A stretch of DNA of 63,045 nucleotides, the filler included, from Octopus bimaculoides (Eukaryota): NCBI RefSeq assembly GCF_001194135.2. It is 7 parts of 6 records of this genome, joined end to end, with 100 filler letters (N's around TTAATTAATTAA, not from the genome) between each part and the next. Parts side by side here need not be neighbours in the genome. Positions count along the whole stretch, not along the records: positions 23,135 to 28,389 come from NC_068997.1; positions 28,490 to 34,385 come from NC_068984.1; positions 34,486 to 49,619 come from NC_068988.1; 4 more parts are not named here. One strand, given 5' to 3'. The notes below the pieces were generated by a model. The model had not been told where the DNA came from. It did not search any database and worked only from the letters and a program-made list of their open reading frames with translations. Positions 23,823 through 36,888 of the stretch are shown one piece after another. Both the position numbers and the translations under genes were made by a program. The stretch's first letter is position 1, and each line of letters starts with the position of its first letter.

Positions 23823-24317
23823 TTTTCAGGAGTGTTCTATTGTTTCCGTTCTCTGTCGTCCCAAAAGCAGCTACGATTCCCTTGGGAATTGTAAGCAACT
23901 TTACGGGCCCGGTTTTTTAATTCAATTGTTGTCTCTAAAGTGGAAACATCAATGGGTCTTTTTTTTTTTTTCTTTTGTCCATATATTTTTAATGTCTACA
24001 AACGGGTAACATAAGTGCACAACCTAATCGGTTATTCTTCTGCACAGAAAAATGAAAGAAACTGCCTCGATATGTTCCATGACTTGCTGGTTAGTCTTCA
24101 GCGAACAAACACAGCTCCCATCCACCCTTCTACAACCTACAAGCAGAACTTCATAGCAAATACGATTAAAATTATTCACAGACTAATATTTAGTTGTAAT
24201 AACGAAAAGAATTTGCCGACAGGATGTTCGCCGGCAGCGTGATTAAATACTTAATAACAATGTAAAGGAAATGTTGGGTCGGCCTTAAACTCAATCCAGG
24301 AAAATGTAGAACACAAA

Positions 24318-24470
24318 GGAATAATCCTTTCCGCTTTAGGCACAAGACCTGGAATTTGTTAGGAGGAGACTAGTCGATTATATCGACCCCAGTGTTTCAC
24401 TGGTACTTAATTTATTGACCTCGAAAGGATGAAAGGCAAAGTCGACTTCGGTGGAATTTGAACTCAGAAC
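24318..24470 (-). mobile_element. SINE family B
   Basis: ctagtcgattatatcgaccccagtg..ctggtacttaatttattgacc..aaaggatgaaaggcaaagtcgac. Confidence 0.85.
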
Positions 24471-24484
24471 ACTAAGGAATAAGG

Positions 24485-25125
24485 CCAACAAGCTTGTGTG
24501 AGAATCGGCAACAACGAGGTAGAAGATATCAAAGAATTTATTTACTTCAGGGCGACAATGAAGGAAGACAGAGGGGCAATGAAGAATATAAAGAATGGAA
24601 TAACCAAAGCTTGGAGAGTATTCTACAACCTAATAAAGGTATGAAGAAGCAAAGGTATAGGCAGCTGAAGTTGTTGAAGAAATTGGTCTGACCAGTATTA
24701 TTCTATGGATGTGAAAACTAGGAAGCGACAAAAATGGAAGAAAAAAAACAACAGGCAGCTTTCAATTCAAATGTTTAAGAAGAATACTTGACATCAAGTA
24801 GCTGCGAAGAGTCTGAAATGACACAGTTGAGACGACGGCAGGCGTCGACAGGATTTGTGACGAATTAAGACATGTATGCTGGAGCTGGATTGAACACATC
24901 TTCAGACGAGATCGAGAAAGTGATTGTATGGTGGCACTAAAGTGAAAGCCTCAGGGGAAGAGAACAGCAGAGCATCTTAAAACCAAGGGGCAAAGGACCA
25001 TTGGCAAGGAAAGGAGATGCGAAGGGTGAAGCTGGAATGAGACCAGAACAATGACAGAAAACAGAGCTGCTTGGAGAGATCGTACTGTGGCCTTATGTAC
25101 CTCAGGACACGAAGAAAACTAAATG
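24485..25125 (+). mobile_element. RTE-clade LINE 3' remnant
   Basis: Degenerate translation PVLFYGCE..KCLRRIL.I..W.W..HIFR..W....ALCTSGHEEN*, typical of the RTE ORF end. Confidence 0.7.
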
Positions 25126-25197
25126 AAGGAAATATGCATTTTTTATGGATGAATAACGAGCTTCAGACAAATTTCACGATATATATACATACATTCA

Positions 25198-25485
25198 CAT
25201 GTAGGAACTGTTCAGTTTGGATCACAGATATTTTAATTATTTTTTTTTAACTAAACAGTTTGAACAGCAGTAGCTTTCTTCAACTGAAAACACGTCGTTG
25301 ACTGGTTAAAATTACCCAAATACGACAACTTTAACACGAAGTAACTTCTAAAATACGAAATCTTGTCAAAAATGTTCAAAGTAAACCGTGCTTTGCGTGA
25401 GAAATTACACCTGTATACGAAGTTTCAAACTGTTTAATTAAAAAAAAAAATTAATCTGTGAGCCAAACTGAACAGATCCAACATG
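25198..25485. mobile_element. MITE with about 60-bp terminal inverted repeats
   Basis: catgtaggaactgttcagtttggatcacagat...aaacagtttgaa versus ttcaaactgttt...atctgtgagccaaactgaacagatccaacatg. Confidence 0.8.
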
Positions 25486-26250
25486 TATATGCATATGTAT
25501 GCCTAAATCTGCATACATGTAAACATATCCAAGCATATAAATATATAAATGTATACATGTACACACGCACATACATACACACAAGTATATGTATAAACAC
25601 ACACACACACACACACACAAGATTTATTTACATCTGTTAATTCTCACAACTTAAACGATAAAAACTAGTCTAACTACCTAGAATTTAAATACACGCTACA
25701 TTAACTTTATTTTGACAATATATTTAAATTTTAATATACGCCGGTCAACCATAGAACTATTTCGTAAATGGCAATCTTTATATTCAAATTAACAGAAACA
25801 TATATAATGAGAGAGAGAAAAGAAAAGGATGGAGAGGTAGACAGACATATACATACATTTATATACACTTTAGAACGATAAACACATTTTTACTTCGTCC
25901 AATTCAAATTTTATGTATTCATTTATAATTAGTGTACCAGTTCATTAAAAAAAAAGAAATGACGGTGTATTCGAACTTGATGTTTTCTTAGGTGATGCAA
26001 AATAAGTAAATCTCAGGTCTATCCAACTGGTCTATCAATTAGGCGCCGAATGGACATAGAACTTGCCCTTCTAGTGCGGTAGTGTATAACTGAGAAAACT
26101 TTCTTCAGCTTTATAGTGTTAAGTTCAATTTTTCCTGCAAGTCACATAACGATAGACTTAACGCTGAGACAGCTGTAATCATGCTCATTATTTACATTAT
26201 TTACATTATTTACATTTGACGGATATTTGTCCTCATCTTGTTTGTTGTTA

Positions 26251-26294
26251 ACACAACGTTTCGGCTGATATACCCTTCAGCCTTCATCAGGTGT
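26251..26294 (-). ncRNA. Minimal type I hammerhead ribozyme motif
   Basis: Minus strand ACAC CUGAUGA A GGCUG aaggguauau CAGCC GAAA CGU U GUGU: intact CUGAUGA and GAAA core, 5-bp stem II, ACAC/GUGU stem I, palindromic ACGU in place of stem III. Activity untested. Confidence 0.75.
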
Positions 26295-26356
26295 CTTGGC
26301 GAAATTTCGAACCTGGGTCCTCATTCTTAAGGTATTTTTCGATGTTGTTGTTGTTG

Positions 26357-26399
<43 letters not shown>

Positions 26400-26405
26400 T
26401 ATTCA

Positions 26406-26478
26406 GGTCACTACCTGGAATCGAACTTGGAATTTTGGGGTTAGTAGTCCGCGCTCTTAACCACTACGCCATATGCCC
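26406..26478 (-). promoter_or_regulatory. tRNA-derived Pol III internal promoter (A and B boxes); not a functional tRNA
   Basis: gggcatatggcgtagtggttaagagcgcggac...aagttcgattccaggtagtgacc: A box TGGCGTAGTGG, B box AGTTCGATTCC. Anticodon and acceptor stems do not pair cleanly. Confidence 0.7.
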
Positions 26479-27819
26479 GTGGGATGAAGGCTGGAGGGTA
26501 TATTAGCCGAAACGTTGTTAACAACAAACAAGATGAGGGCAAATATCCGTCAAATGTAAATAATGTAAATAATATACATAATTCCTCATCTCTTAAATAT
26601 AGTACTGTAATTATGCTCCAATGCTTTCCCATTTCTTGGAGGACGCCAGGGAGTTAGAAACATGCACATGATTGTGCGAGAATTGATCTAGATGAAATTT
26701 TCCGAGTAATTGTGATAGACGCTGGTAAGTTAGAAGTTCTCTCCATTCACTCTTATAATTTCCATTGATAAAAAAGCATGAATATCATGACATCTCATTT
26801 TACGTTCCTACAATTCAGAATGCTTTCGCATTGATGCTTCAACAGATTTTGCGTTTCTCCCCCAGCTATCTGTGTATCATCACTGCCCAGATCCTTCTGG
26901 CACTGCCGCCACTTTTCTTCCTGTCACATTCACTGTCTCTCATCTTCCAGATCCCGAAAGAAACCATTTATCTTATCCTTCTCTCTCAGAACTGTAACGG
27001 CACTTTTCTGAGATTCCCTCTCTGTTGACGCTTTTCTGGAAACATTGATCCGGAAATGTTCACACTACACATCAACTGCGTCAATCTCACAAGTCCGGGA
27101 GAGTCTCGAAAGGTCTAAAGGAAATTATCCTCCCCCTCCTCCACAAGTTTAAAGTGTACATAGGAGACAGTGATTACGATTTCCGTGCGGGTGCAAGTTC
27201 TTTTACGATGTTATGTTACACTCTCATTTCTCCATTCTTATAAAATTGCGGTTCTTTTGAAAGTTCAAAACAGATTTACTAATTCACCCGACAACTAATT
27301 TTGATATTTACTGATCTAGTTATTTACTAATTGTGTCACTAGATATAAGCAAATGATCTTTTATATGTTTTGTTCATTCTACTAAATCTATAACATAGAC
27401 CTCTCGCTTGAGGACCGATTAATTGTTCAGAAGCATTAGAATGAAGAAAATGTTAATCAACCTTATACAACACCCTACACAATTCATATTTCAGTTATGA
27501 CTTCATTTCATGCTTGTATTTCAATACAGTGCTCTATTTCGTTATGATAGCTTTATTCTCGATACAACTACGTTTAGCATATATATATATGTGTCCCTTT
27601 GTACCTTCGCATATTACTGAAGTACAAAATTTTTCACATCATGATCCACCCCTTTATTGCGTTGTAACTTTGTAAAAACTTCACGCTTGGTCGAGTATTT
27701 TGTTTAATTGTCTTAAGAATAGTCTGCCTTTTAGTTGCTATGTAATTTCGTAAACACTTCACGTTTAATTTGATATTTATGCGATTATTGTTTCAAGTCT
27801 ATCCAAAATATGATAACTG

Positions 27820-27990
27820 CGGTATTTCGTCCGTCCTTACACCCTGATTTCAAATTGCGCCAAGGTCGACTTTGCCTTCCATCTTTTCGGGATCGATGAA
27901 ATGAATACTAGTTATACACTGGGGTCGATGTAATCGACAAGCCCCCTTCCCTAAAGTTTCAAGCCTTGTGCCTATAGTAGAAAGGATTAT
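27820..27990 (+). mobile_element. SINE family B
   Basis: cggtatttcgtccgtc..aaggtcgactttgccttccatcttttcgggatcgatgaa..ggggtcgatgtaatcgac..gccttgtgcctatagtagaaaggattatt. Confidence 0.85.
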
Positions 27991-29549
27991 TTCAAAGCAG
28001 GGCTAGGTAGGCAATAAAATAAATCGATAGTAGCATTTTCTTTTTATGGCAAAATATGCACCTAATTCAATAAAATTATAAAGTTACTAGTTACTTTGCA
28101 TAAAATGCGAAATGTTTTTTTTTTTTTTATAGATTAGGTAGTCATAATTCGCCCCTGCTTTTCAATTTCAGTATTAAAGCTACGCATAGAACTGCTGTAG
28201 TACATGTGCTGCGTACATTTCTACAGCACCATTTTCTTTAAGTGCCATAAAGGCAGAAATAGATCTGCCTTCAATTCAGTTGCGCGCCTGTATTTCGCTT
28301 AGTTTTTTTGTGTTTTATTACATAAAAGTCGTCAACTGCTTACTCTGAGTAATTACTGATGGCATAAGGCGGCGAGCTGGTAGAGTCTTNNNNNNNNNNN
28401 NNNNNNNNNNNNNNNNNNNNNNNNNNNNNNNNNTTAATTAATTAANNNNNNNNNNNNNNNNNNNNNNNNNNNNNNNNNNNNNNNNNNNNATGTCGGAAGA
28501 AAGTAATTCAACAACGCAGGTTGATGAACCGTAAGACGTGTGGCCAGAACCTCCTGGAAAATAACCATAGCGAGGGACATTCCACAGTTGAATTAGAACA
28601 GTCACAAACAGTGAAAGAAGACATGCACCCAACACCAGAGCTGAAGACACCTCCGAAAGGGGGTGGCCCCGCCACGTCAAAATGGTAGAGGAGTAGGGGC
28701 CGAAACCGGATGTGGTTCCTCCTGATGATGTCTTGAGCTAACTGGATCCTATAAAGGAGCTGTTGTGGTAGCAGACCACGAAACATGGTTGAAATTCCTC
28801 CTTGATTATAGATTTGTATTTTTGATCAAGGCTGACCTCGAGCTAAACAGCAACAGAAATAAGTATAACAGTAACAAGAATGAAATCAAGAACAGCAATA
28901 ATTACAATAATTAATAATTTCTAGCATTGGCACAATGCCACAAATTTGGTGGAAGGGAAGTTAATTATGTAGAGTTAAGTACTTGACTGCTTCTTAACAG
29001 TCTTCATATTTGTTATCTCACATCATGCTTCTTAGTGCTGTAAGAAGCTATTTTATTCCTCATTTCATAGGAACATCTCATTAACCTATATATTATGGCA
29101 GTATCTCTCATATGCATCTGATCACCTAATTAATTTTATTGGTCTTTTGTAAGAGAAACAAATTGGCTGGATCAGCAAACTATTTTATGTTGTTTATGCG
29201 TTTTTAGTAGGATCATCTTCACCAAATATCAACTGATGTACTGATTAAGCTTCTGAGGGAGACACTACATGGTCATTCGATTTGCTAGAAACAACAGCCT
29301 AAATTGTTTTTCTTTTTTAATACTAGTAACACACTTACAGGATCCTAATACTCCAGACATGTTGTAATTCCCACATGGTCATCTGATCTGTTACAAATAG
29401 CAATTACGTTTCTTTTAAATCCTATGCAGCAATCTTAAAAATAAAAGATTGAATAGTCATGGCTGGAACATCTTTGATCATATGTTTGTTCACTCAGGAA
29501 TGACTTGGGGCCAAACAATAACAACAACATTCTTGCTGGGGGCCATGTA

Positions 29550-29730
29550 AAAGTGCTTGTGCAATGCCATGTTAAATGCACTTAACACACATTGTAAAGC
29601 AGTTGGCATTAGGAAGGGCATCCAGCTGTAGAAACCAAGCCCTCCCCAGCTACCAGCTCTGTTCAAACCATCCAGCCCATGTCATCATGGAAAACAGATG
29701 TTAAAGGCTGATGATGATGATGATGACAGC
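29550..29730 (+). mobile_element. RTE-type 3' tail ending in (GAT)n
   Basis: ggcattaggaagggcatccagctgtagaaacc...catggaaaacagatgttaaa..(gat)n. Confidence 0.6.
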
Positions 29731-30699
29731 GGCGGTGGCGACGAGGAGGAGGAGGAGGAGGATAACCTTAATGCCTACTCAGCAAAATACTTGCTTTGTG
29801 TCTTATCAAAATCATATTTTACATAACAGTAGTTTTACAAAGAAATATGATTGTTTTAAAGAATTATATGAAATTGCTATCAGTGATGTAAAAGTAACCA
29901 AAATCTGAGCTGATTAGCAACCATTTCGATTATCTGCTACTTCACAAAGCAAAAATACATTAATGCCATTATTCTTTTCACTGTAAAATGTGTAGTTCTC
30001 CTGAAAACTCCTCAACACCAAGAATTATTGTAAGATTTAGACTCTATAGATCTATACTCTTTATCCAAAAGTAAGTATTGTTAACACTATAACTTCCCAG
30101 CAAAATGAATTGTTTACAGTCCATTTTCTATTCCAAGTAGTACACTCTTCAGATAGACAAACCATTTGGAGAAAAAAAAACAGCCATTGCTATGTAAAAA
30201 CCAATTTCGCTTTCCCCATATAATTAGAGATGTTCAACCTTGATAAGAAAATAATAATCTATAATTGTAGAACAGAGTCAGAGGTTCTTTTCTTCACTTT
30301 TCACTAGGTGACGGTAAGATATTTATTTGTAATATACAATGGCAATTAACAACATACAAGTAATCTAATAGACTTCATAAAATTACTGAATAGATTTATG
30401 AAATTCTGTGGTTTCCAAATTTTCTTTCAGTTCTACATCTTATATGTAGTGATATTATACTATTCATTTGGTTGCTGTGAGGAGGAGCATGATTTAGTAT
30501 TGCTGACAATAAGGGAGGGATTGGAGGCAGCAGTAGTAGCTGGAGGAAGTAGTGTGGTCGACCAACATCAGCTCTACAAGAGATGGTGAAACTACTGATG
30601 TCAAACCATTGATGATTAACAAATGTGCTTGAGCAGGAATATTTAGGAATTATTTGTTCAACTGATGCTGAGTTTTTTCATCTTCCTACTTAGTCCAGG

Positions 30700-33600
30700 T
30701 TGTGATTTTGCCAGGATGAATCAAATAACAAGCATTTGTAGGAAATTTCATTTTGTTCTTGTAACAAACTATTTATCTAAGAATTAATTGTTATTCTTAA
30801 TTATCTGTCAACTAATTACTCAGCTGGAGATAACATGCATACACCAAACGCACTGTGATCACTGAAAAGGACCTTTAGCAAAAACTCATCAAACTTTACA
30901 ATTGATGGACAGTAAAGTTTTTTAAAATAAACTTTGTTGTTCTTTCTACTGCACCATTAGATTTTGAAGTGTATGTAGTACTTTCAACTTTCGTGTTAAC
31001 TAGTCAGTTTGATTTACTGTCATTGGATGTCAAATCTAGAGAAAAACGGAAAATAAGTATTTCCTTACACACTGAGCTTCTACTGGGACAAAAATGTTCA
31101 GTTTAAACAGTGGCTGCATCAGCTATGATCAACACATTCCCAGCATTTTGTACTAATGTCTCCAGTCTATATATATTCTTTCAAAGGGTTGTGATTCCAG
31201 GCATTTATCAGTACAAAGTATATCTTGAAATTTGACTTTAGTGCACACATATCACAAGATCTGACAAATTCTTTAGGACAAGATTAGGTCACCAAACGCA
31301 AGTCCTTGCATTCTTCAGTGTTTATTTTACACGTGTGTGTTATGAATTATGCAAAGAACTTTTGCACAATATGTTCAGGAATGAACAATCTATTTTTATT
31401 AAAGATAAAATCATTCTCTGCTATTAGTATAAAAAGATACATAACGAATTATCATTCAAAAACAGTCTGTCTAGACCAGTCTTTTCCAGCAATGCAATTC
31501 TTTAAGTAAACAACGAGGTACATATGTTAAAATGATTTCTGATGGCTTCAACTGCATCAGTTAAGATTAATTTACTATTACTTATAACAGAATATAATTC
31601 ATTGAGTCAAAATTGACAGAGTTATGTATTAACATTCTATGAGTACTAGCATCACATGATTTTAAAATCATTGTGATAATTTTAAGGACCATCTGGAAAT
31701 CAAGTGAAAAGTTTGCCTAGAAGCCTCAAGATCCTTTGAAAAATTGAATTGCAAAGGACAGCGATCAGTTTTCAATGTGAAAGGTTTCTTTAACAGAAAA
31801 TGCTTCAAACTTTCCATACACCATATCACTGCATGTTTCCATTCAAAATCGCTTCAATTGTTTTGAGTACTAATAAATATATGATTTACAGATCCAGTTT
31901 GAGACATTATTCCTGCTACAGCAAATTCAAAAGCACCAAGCATAAGAGTTATTTCAGACTTAGTAAAGAATGTTACCAAAACAGTATTTTGTAAGAAGTT
32001 CTTTTATCTCTTCAAAGAGTTGTTCTCCTACATTTTCCATGCATGGACATTCATTGTTGCTGAAAAAAAAAAGTCAAACAGTCTGCAAACTTTTGTATAA
32101 ACTAGTAATAATAGTTTACTAATCTCAAATATTTTTAAATTTATTTTTTCAATTTAGGAACACTAGTCCCTTAAATCTTGCTTATTAGACTATGTGATGC
32201 TAAGAGCCTGTCCTTTGAAATATTCATTGTTAGGAAATCTATGGAAGATGCATGATTAATGCATTTATCTGAGATAATCAATACATTGGCTCCTTTCAGT
32301 CTAGCAATAACTGCATTTTCTCGATTCTTCAATTTATTCTGGGTTGTTACAATGATGAGTATGTTGTCCTGATATATAATTATGTCATTAATTTCCTTCA
32401 GTATATACTCTGTACAATGCTGGAAAATGGAGCTGCTATTTTTGAGACCCATCTGAAGTCTAAGTAAAGAGCATTACTTGCATTCATGTTTATTGCACAC
32501 ACGCCATTAGAGTTCTCATCCAAACAAATCTGCCAATATGGACACTTTTAAGTCAGTTGAGGAAAAAAATGTTGCTCTTTACATATCACTTAACACTGCG
32601 TTAAACTGACAACCAAATGACAAAATTGTAATCTTATAATTTAAATGTACTTTGTGCATTCTTAATTTATCATCTTTTATTCACAACTGGTGATGCATTG
32701 CTGACATCTTCAAGCAAACATGGAGCTACAATTATCATCGCTTCAAGATTGTGAAGTTCGTTTTCAATTTTTTTTTTCGTGTGTACTGGAACTGAGTGTA
32801 TTGAGCAACTTTTATTTCTAACTGCAATTGAGAGTGAAATTTTAGCCTTTTATCAGAAGTCTAGTAATATAATATAACTTTTGGAATATGTGCATTAAGT
32901 GATCCAAAGTTATAAGTGTTATTAAACCACAACAAAACCAAAGAGCTTTTTCTTTTATCTCAAAGGTCAAGTAAAGCTATCTTCAGTTTTGAGCTATCAT
33001 AAGAAGTTAAATATATGTCAGTAGGTTTGATGTTTAATAACTTTTTTTTTTAGCAGTAAAACCAGATTCACAGTATACTGCACCAGAATCCAATTACATT
33101 TAAGGTGTCTCTTAAATTTACTGTTACCCTAGTGTAAATCATCATTTGTTTCACAATTAATATTCAAAGTTACTTCCTCATTAGAAGATTGTTTAGAAAT
33201 CAATAGCCTTAAAGTTAATGCTGAAGGCAGCCTTGACAGAATACAATAGTTTTTGACCTGCAAGATTTACTGAACTGGCTCAATTTGCTACAATTAAGAA
33301 ACATCTTTTCCATATTCAAGATAGGACCTACAAGAATATGATGATTACAACACTTGAGACAATCCACAAATGCTGCAATTTTTAACCTAGCTTTATTCAG
33401 TTACTTGTTATTTGCTAAGTTTTCCTTCACAAGAGTCCTTGCTTGTAGTGTACAATACTACAGTATTAGAATTTAGCTTTATTATTGATCCAAGAGCAAA
33501 AGCTTGCTAGGAATGCACTTGTACAACAAGGCTAACTACATTTGAAGTGTATGCTTAAGGTGAATTTCTTAGATAATCGAAAAACCTTTATTTCTGAACA

Positions 33601-34100
33601 CAATTGATTCTTTTAATAAAAAAATTGTAAACTTTGCTTCTGGGCCATCTTTGATTGTAAAGAATTTACATAAAGAAGCATGTGCATTGAGTCTTAGTAG
33701 GAAATCATCAGCTCGTTCTCCCTGTTTTTGCCTCAGGTCCAAAAATTTTAACCTGTCTGAGCTGATATGTCTTTGAATAACCTTTAAATGATTGATTTTG
33801 AACTGTTGGAGGCAACAGAATGATTGCATTGATGCCAAGGCTAACTACATATAAGATGGATGCTTAAGGTGAAGTTCTTAGATAATTGAAAAATCTTTAT
33901 TTTTGAACACAACTGACTCTTTTAATAAAAAAAATTATAAATTCCACTTTTGAGTCATATTTGATTGCAAAGAACTTACATAAAGAAGTGTGTGTGCACT
34001 GAGTCTTAGTAGCTTTTCTTGTTTTTGCCTCAGGTTCAAAAATAATGCCACATAATGCAAAAAATTTTGCCTGAACCAGTTCAAACTCAGTGTCATCTAT
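30700..34100 (-). mobile_element. Highly degenerate Ty3/Gypsy LTR retrotransposon internal region (gag, RT and integrase remnants)
   Basis: 32171-32452 MGLKNSSSIFQ..EYILKEI..IIIYQDNILI..DKC..IDFL (RT YQDD changed to YQDN). 33569-33838 DRLKFLDLRQKQGERADDFLLRLNAHASLCKF (gag-like). Near 31100-31200 PFERIYIDW (integrase-like). Outer boundaries approximate; no LTRs found. Confidence 0.65.
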
Positions 34101-34924
34101 AAGCAATTTTGAGTTAGACTGCATGCAGTGGCCCGGGAACAAAATTTGCTTAGGGGGTGCAAACTCAGTTTCAAAATTTGGCATTACTGGAGAAGTGTGG
34201 ATCCGAGTTCTGGGAGTGTGCATGTCACAAATTTGCGCATGCGCCTGCGTTAGTCATAAGTAGTCGAATTTAGCACACAGGTAAAAAACGAGACGCGCGC
34301 TACTTGCAGTAAATGGAGGGTGGGTTATCCATCTAATACAAGAAGAAAATTGCAGATAAATTGAATAAAAACATGAAAAATAACCNNNNNNNNNNNNNNN
34401 NNNNNNNNNNNNNNNNNNNNNNNNNNNNNTTAATTAATTAANNNNNNNNNNNNNNNNNNNNNNNNNNNNNNNNNNNNNNNNNNNNATATATATATATATA
34501 TATATATAAACACATGTATATGCACACACTCACACGTATGTAGTCTCCTCTTCTTGTACCTTTCTCTATACCCCGCTATTCATGATCACCCCTTCAAAAT
34601 AGCAATCAAGCAAAACCTTTCTTGCGTAACTCACCTTTGGAATTACATTTCCATGTCTGCTTCCCATAAGAGAATCACGACTTTCCATTCTAAATTTCTA
34701 ACAGACATATCCATCTCTCCTTCCACCCTTCTCTCTTCCACTCCCTACAGAAACTTACACCCTCACCTTCACATTAGCCGTACCTGTATATACCTGTATC
34801 CATCCACAACTACCTTAATCTTTCTGTGTATCAGTTATTCTCGAAAGGCCTATCTCTATGGTTACATCCTTCCACACCTGTACCAATTTATGTTTCGAGC
34901 GGTAGGCTTTATCTTTTTACCTTT

Positions 34925-35312
34925 TACTTATTTCAGCTATTAGACTGCGGCCATGCTGCAGCACCACCTTGAAAAATTTTAGTCGAAAGAACTTATTCCC
35001 ATACTTTTCTTTTAAAGCCTGGTAATTTTTCAATCAATCCCTTTTGCTGAACCGCTGAGTAATGGGAACGTAAGCACACCAACACCGGTTGCCAAGCGGT
35101 GGTGGGGGAAAACACAGACAGACGGACTCACACGTAGACACAGACACACTCACACAGATACGCATACATACAACAGGCTTTTTCCAGTTTGGTTCTATTA
35201 AATCTGCTCACAAGTCCTTAGACATTTTCCCAAGATGCAGCACATTGGGACTGAACTCAGAACCTTGTGTTTGGGAAGCTAACTTCTTATCACACAGCCA
35301 CACCTGCGACTA
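34925..35312 (-). mobile_element. SINE family A, old full-length copy
   Basis: gactgcggccatgctgcagcacc...caccaacaccggttgccaagc...gggactgaactcagaacc..cacacagccacacctgcg. Confidence 0.75.
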
Positions 35313-35559
35313 GTAGGTAAGTTTCTTTAAAAGAAAATCATGCTTCACTGTTTAAAGAAAGGAACAACACATTGGACAATGGTGTTCCTGTTATGCGCAA
35401 AGCTGGGTGTCATTAATCAGATGGAATGACATTAATCAGATAGAATTTCATTAATCAAAGCCGAAAATTAGTCTAAACAACAACAATTAAAACAACCAAT
35501 TGCCAGTCAGTATTTCTGTTTCTTATTCATTTATCAGATTCTCACCTTCACAGTTTTAA

Positions 35560-36240
35560 AGTTCGTATAACCTCAACTCCATTTGGATCATCCAACCGTA
35601 CCTCACGGACTCATATTTTTATCTCCACCGTCATCATCCAACCACCTACCACTACCTCTATCCCACACCTCTACTTGCGCTTCTAGCATCCAACAATCAC
35701 CACAATCTCACACCTCCATCTTCACCTCCATCATCCAGTTATCCAGCACAACATCACATCGTCATCTCCACCTCAATCATCCAGCCTTCCAGCATGAACT
35801 CGCTCCTCGCATCTCACATTTCCAACTCCATCGCTATCATGCAGCCTCACACCTTTAAAATCTTCTACCATCCGTCAGTCAAGATGTCCAGCTCCCAAAA
35901 CTCCACCACTCTACCACCATTCAACCATTCACCCCAATTTCGCATCCACATCCATCAACCATTTTTATGCTACATATATAACCTATCTATCCACCACAAA
36001 TTCACCTATACTCTCATCACCTATCTATCCACCCCAATCCTATCTTTAATTCCATCATCCATCCACTCAACCTAGTCTCCTACATTGACATATCCACCTC
36101 CAATCTCGCCTCCACCATCGCCATTCTCCTCCACTGCACATATCCCCCGCCAACTCTTTCATCCAGACACTCAGTCACTACATTAAATAATCTCACATCA
36201 AAATTAACCGTACAACTATAGAACAGTCTCCAATCTTCGA
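35560..36240. repeat. Degenerate C/A-rich low-complexity tract (CATC/CCAC-like)
   Basis: Almost no G on the plus strand; recurring catc/ccac/ctcc words; no clean periodicity by eye. Confidence 0.6.
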
Positions 36241-36655
36241 TCACCTTTTAATTGAATGATCGGAAAAGTTGTCGGAAAATATCGATTATTTATTTCTGTA
36301 TCTGGGAGAAAAAAAAATCGACCGGTTGCTGACAGTCTCATACACTGGTATTGTTGTTGATATTGCTACTGTCATTGTTTTTGCTGTTGTTGTTGTTTCT
36401 GTTGTTATAGTTGTTTTTATTGCTTTTATGTTGAAGCTGTTATTTTTGCTGCTGCAGATGTTGTTGCTGTCACTGTTATTACTGCAGTTGTTATTATTAT
36501 TGTTGTTGCGGCTGTTGTTGTTGTTTTTATTGTTTTTTTTTACAACAAGGCAAGCCCTCATAGACCAGGTCTATGTTCATAAGTATTTTCCAGCAGTGAC
36601 CATCCCGCCATTTATTTGGACGTAATCTTTCTAAGACAACCATCAAGACTATACT

Positions 36656-36888
36656 CTCTCTTTTACTCTTTTACTTGTTTCAGTCATTTGGCTGTGGCCA
36701 TGCTGGAGCACCGACTTTAGTCGAGCCAATTGACCTCAAGACTTATTCTTTTTGGAAGCCTAGTACTTATTCTATCGGTCTCTTTTGCCGAACCGATAAG
36801 TTACAGGGACGTAAACACACCAGCATCGGTTGTCAAGTGACGTTGGGGGAACAAACACAGACACACAAACACACACACACACACACAN
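36656..36888 (-). mobile_element. SINE family A 3' module (head lost in gap)
   Basis: ttttactcttttacttgtttcagtcatt..ggccatgctggagcaccg..gacgtaaacacaccagcatcggttgtcaag. Confidence 0.85.

Larger units (their letters stand above)
26187..26604 (-). mobile_element. tRNA-headed short retroelement carrying a hammerhead ribozyme, with an inverted partial duplicate
   Basis: Minus strand: tRNA-like head (26478-26406), (AAT/AAC)n, spacer, hammerhead (26294-26251), tail ending in (AATGTAAAT)n. Plus strand 26483-26604 is an inverted copy of the 3' part. Flanked by ctgtaat(c/t)atgctc at 26173-26186 and 26605-26618. Confidence 0.8.

Noticed and set aside
26406-26478. Possible tRNA gene
   Set aside because: A and B boxes are present but the anticodon and acceptor stems do not pair, and it is fused to a repeat body; it is a SINE head.
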